Shown in pieces: positions 54,553-64,000 of a stretch of 64,000 bases of DNA. The stretch is taken from NCBI GenBank assembly GCA_951406725.2, contig OX597818.1, positions 4,464,001-4,528,000 on the forward strand, read 5' to 3'. A program made the translations under genes and the position numbers. Below the pieces are notes generated by a model. That model had not been told where the DNA came from. It did not search any database and was given only the letters and a program-made list of their open reading frames with translations. The first letter of the stretch is position 1; each line of letters begins with the position of its first letter. The stretch is from Octopus vulgaris (taxonomy: Eukaryota).

Positions 54553-55551
54553 CAGACATTGTCAAAATGCATTGCAGAGCTTGCAATAAATTTATTTCGT
54601 TGCAATGAATTTATTGCATTTTATTATTTTTTTGCAATAAATTAATTACATTTTTCTTTCGTCGCAATAAATAATTGCAATTAATTGAAATAAATTGCAA
54701 TGCTCTCCAGAAAATCCCCTTATAAAATTTTTACGCATCCAAAAATGTCATTTTTTACAAAAATAACAGTACATTTCTAATGAAAGCTCTACTTTCTCAA
54801 TTTTGATTGATCTATTTCTTTGCTGTCCAAAAGATTTTTGGATCACCCACAATTTTCTAAAAATTCTTATACCGACTGCCAGAATAACAAAATCAACCAC
54901 CAATGTGTGATATGACCTAGGATGGAAAACATGCCTACAATGCTCCCCTTAGGGCCTATACCATCCCAATCAAGACAGAAAAAAAAACGTAGGAATGGAA
55001 AAAGGACGGTTTCATACTATTAGTAATTAAAATGAGTGTGTATTTAACAATTTACATGAGGGAATTGGATAAAACGATACGCGAAACAAGTTCGTTATCC
55101 TAAAGATGGTCATTTACTCTTAAAAACAGTTGCATCTCCAGATATACGGGTGATAATTGATGTCTTGTATCATCGAAGGCATTCGCTGCTACACTGAAGA
55201 ACCTTTCAACCAAGTTAGTCGTTGGAAAAATGAATGCTGTATTAATATAACGTGGTTGGCTAGTACCCATCTCGCTTCGACACTTTTTGAGGACATTGCA
55301 AGCGAAGTTGTCCGATTCATCGTCCAAAACCGTTTCGCAGCCAGCTCAGTGGCTTTTTGATTTTGTGTTTTTACCAAAGACTTCTCGAACAAAGGGAATT
55401 GGATTGCAATTAATTGCAATCTTCGCAAAAAATTATTGCAATAATCGTAGCTTCGCAATAAATTATTGCAATTGAAAAGAGCTTAGCAGTAAATTAATTT
55501 ATTGCAATTATTGCAATTAATTTTTGACCAACTAACTTTTGACAACCCCTG
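54553..55551 (-). mobile_element. Non-autonomous hAT DNA transposon with transposase C-terminal remnant
   Basis: TSD CTTTACGG (54545-54552, 55552-55559); TIR CAG..TTGTCAAAA; subterminal TTGCAAT repeats; hATC motif FPTTNLVERFFS..R.QLSP..LEMQLFLRVN. Confidence 0.9.
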
Positions 55552-55679
55552 CTTTACGGTGCTTTATTTGGTTGGAAAGTGATCCTATTGTATTGTATTG
55601 CAATCATATCTAAAATTTATATATATATATGTATATATATTTATAAAAAGTGTAGGTGGTATTCGAGTGGGTATATATT

Positions 55680-57466
55680 TATAAAAAAGAAGTTTGAAAA
55701 CGTCACTATATAAGATAAATTTAAATTTTCTTAGAGATTTTACATGTTTCGGTTCTTCTTGAAAAAACGAACCTTATCAAAAATATTTTTAAAAGTTAAG
55801 TGTTAGTAAAAAGTTCATAATTATTTCTTACTAATCTCAACAGAGTCCAGGTGGAGATGTTTTGTATGGGGGGAGCATAATGGCTGTCTTGTACGCTGAG
55901 TAGAATCGTTGGCTGTAATCGTGGAAGTGATCATTGGCCGTAGTAGCAGTAGTAGCAGAGACCGTGGTGTTGGTAGTGGTTGGAGTTGTAGCAGCAGTTC
56001 ATTGGCTGTAGTAGTAGTAGCAGCAGCATTGGAAGTGACCGTTGGCTGTAATAGAAGCAGTAGCAGAGACCGTTGTTTGCAGTAGTAGTAGTGATCGTGG
56101 TGGTAGTGGTAGTGGTGGTTGGAGTTGTAGAATTCCTTTTTTCTTTTTGGATAACCAATATATGGTTTTAATGTTCCTGGCCCAGGATGCTTAAACTTGG
56201 TCCGAATTTTCTAATGAAATGGAGTTCTTTGTTATGACGTTGAGTGAAAGTTACGTTGTTATTGAATTGGTAAAATGGGAAAGTTGTGAATTTTGGATTT
56301 TTATTTGATGCACATCTGTCTATGTGACCGCTGACAGGTATTTTCCTGTATTCAGGATTCCTAATTTGGGATTTATGTACTGCCATCCTTTTTCGTAGGC
56401 AGTTTTTTGTATGGCCAATATATTGCCTATTGCACCCTGCGCCTGTTATCATGTAAATAAAGTTTTCCGATGCACAGGTGAAGTTTGTTCTGATGGTAAA
56501 ATGATGGCCTTGTTCTAATGTGTATTCTGAACCTTCTACTAAGATGACACAGATCCCGCATTTGAGCTTTCCACATTTTTTAACTGTTGATTTTGAGGTT
56601 GCTATTGGGTGCAGTAGCCTGGGTTAAAATCTTCTTTAAGGATTTTGGTTGCCGTTTACTTTTTATGATGGTGTACGTTTGGAGGATTCGGTTCATCTTT
56701 GGGTCTCCCTTGAGTAGGGCTGTGATTTGGAGTATGGTGTTGAAGGCCTCATTGTTAAGTGGGTTGTGTGTAGAGATGTAGGGTAGGGTTTTTAATTTTT
56801 CTTCCTTTTTTGGTTTTGGTTGTCTCAGGTCTTCTATATTTAATTTAAGTGCTTGTTGGATTGTATTGTTTATTACCAATTCAATAACAACGTAACTTAC
56901 ACTCAACGTCATAACAAAGAACTCCATTTCATTAGAAAATTCGGACCAAGTTTAAGCATCCTGGGCCAGGAACATTAAAACCATATATTGGTTATCCAAA
57001 AAGAAAAAAGGAATTCTACAACTCCAACCACCACTACCACTACCACCACGATCACTACTACTACTGCAAACAACGGTCTCTGCTACTGCTTCTATTACAG
57101 CCAACGGTCACTTCCAATGCTGCTGCTACTACTACTACAGCCAATGAACCGCTGCTACAACTCCAACCACTACCACCACCACGGTCTCTGCTACTACTGC
57201 TACTACGGCCAATGATCACTTTCCACGATTACAGCCAACGATTCTACTCAGCGTACAAGACAGCCATTATGCTCCCCCCACACAAAACATCTCCACCTGG
57301 ACTCTGTTGAGATTAGTAAGAAATAATTATGAACTTTTTACTAACACTTAACTTTTAAAAATATTTTTGATAAGGTTCGTTTTTTCAAGAAGAACCGAAA
57401 CATGTAAAATCTCTAAGAAAATTTAAATTTATCTTATATAGTGACGTTTTCAAACTTCTTTTTTAT
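55680..57466 (-). mobile_element. Young 5'-truncated Penelope-like element with inverted terminal duplication (pLTR)
   Basis: Minus-strand thumb/linker/GIY-YIG (YIGHT..RMAVHK) at 56168-56871; arms 55680-56273 and 56872-57466 nearly identical; HHR-like TTGATAA-GGTTC..GAACC-GAAACATGTA in each arm. Confidence 0.92.
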
Positions 57467-57524
<58 letters not shown>

Positions 57525-57556
57525 TGTGTGTGAGTGTGTGTGCGTGTGTGTGTGAA

Positions 57557-57635
<79 letters not shown>

Positions 57636-57682
57636 TTCACTTGTATATCCCTTCATATTACAATCTTAAAATATGTACTTAC

Positions 57683-57940
57683 CAGATTCTGGGAAATTTT
57701 CATTCTTTGGGTTGAGAACATTGTTACTAACGGATTCATGTCTAGGTGTAGATATAGGAATACTCTTAGAAGCAGTCGCCGTTTGCTTCGTAGTTGTGGG
57801 AAAATTTTGTTTCTTTGATGCCATTGTTGCGTTTTTTGCCACCCCTTCATTCACTGCAAAATCATTTGTATCAAAATTAGTTTCTTTTTTAAATATGGAA
57901 GAGGAGAAAGCTCCAAATCTTTGAATTTTAAGAAGGTAAT
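57683..57940 (-). CDS. Putative Ser/Thr-rich stalk exon (5' boundary uncertain)
   Basis: Open frame ...NFPTTTKQTATASKSIPISTP...PES with phase-1 GTAAGT donor; the acceptor is weak. Confidence 0.5.
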
Positions 57941-60742
57941 CTAACATTCATATCCTTTCTGACGAAAATTAAAAGGCTTCATTTGAAAATTGTGGAGGTG
58001 TGTGAAATTGAACTGATTTGCTTACAACTTTTTCTGTGGACTTACCAAATTATTTCCCTAATGTCATTACATGTCATAGTACTTTTTACACTTTTTACAT
58101 AGAATTTTTACACTGACACTGAAGGCTATATCAATTAAACTCTCATTAATATATTTTCTGCGCTTCGTTTATCAAACTTGAAAGCATGGAAATCAACTCC
58201 GACGAAATCGAAACTAAATATGTAAACAGGTGTGAGTAAATTCAGCAAATCGGACTATCGAATATTTAAGTACTCAACACACAAGAGATTAATATTAGAA
58301 ACACTAAACTGTAGGTTCAGCAAATTTCGTTTAAGACACGGGGAATGGTTTATAAGGACGGTTCTACCATACTCTGAGGTACAAATAAAACACTTAATGG
58401 ATAATTAGGTTTATTGTAATCACCTTGAAATTATTGAATATTTATTTGATCAATATCTGTTTTAATTCATTGCCCCTTTGTCTGAAGCATGTCGGGCAAC
58501 AACTTTGAGGGGACATCGTTAGTTAAATCTTTGTACATATGTACAGGAATGCAACATTCTGCTCATTTTAGGATTAATAAATAGTTTTTTTTCCGAAATT
58601 CCAATCAGTATTTAGGTATTCCACGCAAAAGTCATGCCTTCATTGAAAAGTTTAATTCTTTTGACTAAACCACCTGAGATCACTCGTTGTTCTATGCTAT
58701 TTTAAAGTGCTTTCAAGTGATCATATTTAGATTGAAACCTTCCATCATAATATTTTTTACATAACTTTAGTTAACAATGTATCCTCTTAGATATCCTTCG
58801 ATCTAATAAAAGTCACAGTTAATTTTCGCTCAAGGCACATGCTATCGTCAATAGAAAAAGAAAAAAAAGGAAAAAAAGAAAACACGTCGTATAATATTGT
58901 TATTAATAAAGACTATATCTGAAAACAAGTGTTTCGACACAAGTTTTAATTTTTATCATAGGTATATTCAATGATGGCAAAACTGTGTAAACAGTAGCAA
59001 TATACGTAGATTTTCTGTTAGAAGAGTGTAATAAGTAGGTTGAATAAGGTGTAAATTATCTTAATAAGATGTGGTGGATTTATCAGCATTAAATGCATGT
59101 CGCCCGCGCCGATATACATACAGGTATACACATGCATAGTATAGTCAAGAAACAATTATAACAGTTTTCGTCTTTATATCATTCACGAGGCTTCATTTGA
59201 ATTGAGGTTTTGAATGACAAAGGTTCATGACCGAAACGTTATTCCTCTTTCTTATAAGAAACCAGTCCCTTGGTTTCTTTAAATCTTACTGTTTATGGTT
59301 GAAAGCACTTATTCACGGCTCTACGCAATAGAATATAACTTGGAACCACGTGATTGAGGTGCGAATTTCTCAAACGTACAACAATGCCAATACTGCGTAT
59401 AAGGGGTTGAAAATGTTTTATATTGATAAAAAATTCTACTTATTAGCAGTACCCAATTCTAATCATACTATAGGCATATCCTACGGTAATCTGTTCTAAT
59501 CCAAAAACGAAAGCATCTCTCAATTATTATTTAATGCTGATATAGTTGAAATCGACCACACTGCTCAAAAAAACAAAACAAAACAGGGAGGGGGACGGAC
59601 GACAGCAGACACAGTAACAACAGCTGTCACCATCTGTAAATACCTTGGTAGCAACTACAGCTGTATTCAGAGTACAACCAATCACAACTCCGATAATTGA
59701 TAGAAGGAAGTAGTAAACACCTAAGCTGGGAGCCTGCTAGACGCTACGACTAGAAATATTAATCTATTGCGGCGATAGAAAAAGAAAGGACAGGAAACCA
59801 CTTAAGCAACAAATGAAGGAAAAAAAAGAGTGAATCCTTACGAAAGACGTACAAGATACTGAAAATTCCTCACATAGAAGCGCCCACTCCCATGGAGTAC
59901 CTGAACCATGCCTTGCTGAGAAAGACAATCTAAACCCAATTCGATTAAAGTCTAACAGACAGCTAAATAACTACTGCTCTGATTAAAGAGTCAATGAGAC
60001 ACGAATTCTAGGAGCTCCAAGGTAACAGATGGATAATAAAGAATTAGTTGGCAATCTTTTAACAGCTGAAGGATTATCTTTTAGAGGATAGAAAACTGCC
60101 CTTTCAGTTTCGGCTGGAACCGAAATTGCTCAGGAGTAATTTTTGAGAACTCAGTTTGAGAAATTCATCAGAGCGGAAGGTGGTCAAACATATAGAGTTC
60201 CCTGATTCTACTTACGAGGCAGTTTCTTACTCTATGTTTGAGGGTTATCTTTATTTGTTTTCATTCGTATTTGTTTTTGTAAAAAAAATCTGCCTTAATG
60301 TATTGTATTACTCTTCCCTCCGTACCGTAGTAATCAAACAAAGTCATGATGAAAGGCGTTCTGGTCATGGCAATTCCACGCGCGTGTGCACACATACACA
60401 CTCCTCCTCTCTCTTTCTCACTGCATGCACTTTCTATTTTATTTAAGGGTCTAAGAGTTGAATTTGTTTGTTACTTCGGCGATTGTCATTCCCGTTAGGG
60501 ATGGTGTGAATTTTGACTTAGCTACGGAAGGTGATTATTTTTGGTCACATGAAAAACATATCGACGTATTTACAGCCTTATGGGATTCGTACTGTCAGAT
60601 CTTATGGCAAACAGCGCAACAATTCTAGCAACGAATATAAAATAAAAACTTTTTTCAGCTATATGTTTAACAATTTTGCCAATCAGTCATTACAAATTCT
60701 CTTGAATTTGAATAATGGAAAAAATTGAACTTTAATACTTAC

Positions 60743-61009
60743 AAGTTGGACAATTATAAACGAATCTCAGACGAGGTTTCTTTATTTGACCATCTTCTCC
60801 ACAGCATGCTGAAACTGAACTTGCTACAAAGTTAATGTCACATTCTTTTACATTTTCACACCTTGTACGTATTTCAGGTTTTGTTTGCATCCATAGATGT
60901 TTGTTAGCAGGGGATGGACATGTAACCATCTCGATTTTTATGCTTTTTCCTCTGTCACATTTTGGATTATTACCTCGGCACATGTTAGTTACTTTGTTAT
61001 GAACAACAC
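60743..61009 (-). CDS. Host-gene exon, divergent SUEL/galactose-lectin-like Cys module
   Basis: 267 nt open frame; KCDRGKSIKI..C..RCENVKEC..CC..LRFVYNC; acceptor ttttacttcAG; donor GTAAGT; phase 1-1. Confidence 0.75.
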
Positions 61010-62999
61010 CTGAAGTAAAAAGCAAAAGTAAAAATTAGAATAATATAAAATGCTCCTGTACAATGGGACTTTGTACATTCATTTTCTTTCAACTATAACA
61101 TAAAGAAAGATACTGTCGAGTTCATGAATCCTTGAATACTATTAGTACTTTTCATATCTATCCCTAAAATTTTAACCATACTATGATTTACGCAAAACTA
61201 AATAGTGTGGGGTATTTGGTCCGATTCTGAAATTTCTATCCACTCGAGTGCTTATAGTGATCATGCGTATTGCTTAAGAAAGGGCGAGTCCAGATGTAAA
61301 AGCCTTTTCTAGTGTTTCTGCTATCTTATGTTACAAGGTTCACGGATAAACTGGTTAGATGCAAGAAAACATCACTTCCACCAGTGATATAAAAATTAAC
61401 CAACATTATTTCACCTTTACTGCTCCGCTTAAAGTAATCTTTTACGTTGTAACGCAAGATGATTCAAATGACTGATTCGCATTCCTGGGTCTTTTTTCAT
61501 GCATTTATTTTAAATGATCTAGTCAGTGAAAGCTTTTCCACTAAAATCTTTACATCCATTATACTGTCTGGTAAGTATGAGTCAGTGCTGAGTTGACATC
61601 TTCACACAGGTTTTAGCCGCCACTTCAGATTTTAATCAAAAAGGAAAGGATAGTTGATCTAGTTGCGTCACATTACTTAACTGATTTCATGACAAAGATA
61701 CTTAAAACTTACTGGCTTCCTCCATATGAGGAAGCCAGTATAACTATAGAAAGAAGCATTGTCATCATTTTAGTACAATATAAAGTTATAAACTGTGGCA
61801 ACAATGTATAATTGATGTGAGCTGAGTTCAAATTCTTATGTCAAAGAAGACATGATGCATCAGGCTAACATATACATGTTCACGTCTAAAACATTTACTT
61901 TCCGTACCTCACACCGTTGGTAATAGATGCCATGTGGGGGAATAGAAATAAATTTTAACAGCAATATCCATAGGTATTTCCTTTTGCCAATGAGCTGGTT
62001 GTTCAAATGTTGCAAGTCATCTTAGTATGCTATTGTTATTTTATTTTACTAATCCTACGAGGATTAAACAATATCTCGTTTTTATTCAGTATGTAGCAAA
62101 ATGTAACTTAATATGTTTAGCTTTTTTATTTTGGAACTCTACTGTTTTCCTACTCGCTAATCTATACGATGTTACGTTATGCCATATTAAGTGGCATTAT
62201 TTAAGTCGTAATATTAGTATGATCACTATTTCGAGAAGTAAAGTTTTTACAAGTTTGATTTATTCTAGATTTGCACAGATGGTGAAATTCCATGAAGTGT
62301 CCTCGTGAGTTAATGGTTTTTAATACACAAACTATCACAATCATTGGTGGCACAATTGATAAGCGTTTTGGAGATTTGCGTCTGTCCTGTGAGAAAAGTC
62401 TAATTCATATAAAACTCAAGAAAAGGGATTAACAGTCTTACAAATATATATCTCTACTGAATAGTTGTTTAGTTGCAAGGAACATCAAAGAGTACAATAA
62501 TCCATTTCAACTATTTCTAAGAAAATGATCAACGTTTCAGAATAATCTTACTCGTGACTTGGGTGAACGCTTATCAGAAAGAACGATTTTATGTTTCTCG
62601 GTACACTAAATGACATTAAATAAAAAACACTTCAAAGGTTCAATTCGTTAGGTGGCAACTTCTTACCGTAAGTGTACATAAAAGTAGTTTAAAATACGTG
62701 AGGTTTGAGTTTAGTGTCGTCCAAATGATGAATAGTTACATAACATCTATATATTGGAAACAGGGAAAGGAGCTGATTTTGAGGAACAGATACTTCGCAT
62801 ACTTAATTTCTGGCTACTCATTTCTCTAATGGAGTTGTATGTTGATGCGATGCAAATAGATACCAAATGTATTAGGATAATTTTGATTTGTATTGTAATT
62901 ATCCAAAAGAGAAAGGTTTTTCCGGCCCAGCTTTCTGTAAGTTTGAGTATTATTTGAGTATTATCATTTGTAGAAGCAGGCAGTACTCGCATATTAAGA

Positions 63000-63225
63000 C
63001 AGAATATATATTTAGATATACATACATAAGACATATAGTGTTTCAGAGTACACAAAGTACTGAAAAAGACATCGTAGCAAGTGAAGCTCTTGCCTGGAGC
63101 GCATGCCATAATTCGAGAAAGGTCTGGAGTTCAAAGTTAGCAAGGAAATTGAAAGTGAGGTTGTTTCTGGCAACAGTGGACTCTCTTCTTTTATACGGGG
63201 CTGAAACATGGACGCTCACTTGGTG
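63000..63225 (+). mobile_element. RTE LINE fragment (post-RT thumb region)
   Basis: STEKDI..ALAWSAC..KVWSS.L..KLKVRLF.ATVDSLLLYGAETWTLT. Confidence 0.8.
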
Positions 63226-63785
63226 GAACATCATATGCTTTAAGTATCTTCATCATTATTCTTAGATGAGGTGGCGGCGGGAAGAAAACGTGTCTTTTCA
63301 AAGAACTCAAAATATGAGTATATGTATATTTTTATTAATATTTAGCAGAAGCAACAGAAAGTAACTCAAAGGTCAACAGTTTCACGCGATGGTACTTATC
63401 GAACTAGTTACAGATCGAAGAGTTGTAGATTTATATAGCTGGTGAAAAATTATGTTTCCCTGGATTACTCTGGATATGGAATTTAAAAAAAACAATTCCA
63501 GTGTCACGAGGATAATTCATATTTTTCAAATAGTTTGCACGTTATGTCGTTCAATACAAATTTGTGCGCATTTACACATACTCGTGCAAACATGCACACG
63601 CGCACATACGCACACAGAGACACACACACACGCTCATGCACACACACAAATTCGCTTCTTTGAATTTTAAACTGTATACAGAGTGTACACTGTATAAAAT
63701 GTAAAAGCATTAAAAATAAGAATGGAGAATTATGCATCCTCACAAACTTGTTTATTACAATATCATATACTGTGCATTCACTTTA

Positions 63786-64000
63786 GGCGCAGGGGTAGCT
63801 GTGTGGTAAGAATATTGCTTCCTAACCACATGGTTCCAGGTTCAGACCCACTGCGTTATGGGTGGATTTGGTACATGGAAACTGTAAGAAACCTGTCATA
63901 TGTGTGTGCGCGCGCGCGCGGCCGTGAGTGTGTCTTTGCTAGGTGTTTGTCTCCATCACCGCTTGACAATCGGTGTTGGTGTGTTTACAAATTCGTAACT
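63786..64000 (+). mobile_element. tRNA-derived SINE running off the window end
   Basis: Matches the 42750 head and the 20350 body. Confidence 0.8.

Overview
AT-rich, microsatellite-saturated animal genomic DNA. The SINE, RTE and Penelope repertoire suggests an octopod cephalopod, but that is inference. Most ORFs in the six-frame track are microsatellite translations. Main content: (1) A minus-strand host gene, or two tandem paralogues, seen as symmetric phase 1-1 exons encoding two divergent SUEL/galactose-lectin-like modules, a CUB-like domain and Ser/Thr-rich stalks, spread over about 59 kb. (2) A near-full-length Tx1-clade LINE plus two diverged 5'-truncated relatives stacked inside one (TATC)n tract. 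(3) A Dong/R4-type RLE retrotransposon in a (TAA)n tract, plus CR1-group and RTE LINEs, several Penelope-like (PLE) remnants, a hAT element, Merlin-like MITEs, a Helitron and many SINEs. (4) A dozen or more hammerhead-ribozyme (HHR) motifs. Some lie in non-coding elements that look unusual: a tRNA-headed, HHR-tailed SINE-like element inserted with PLE-style inverted 5' duplications, and a foldback hairpin element with an HHR at its tip. Repeat boundaries were read by eye and are approximate; no database searches or folding programs were run.
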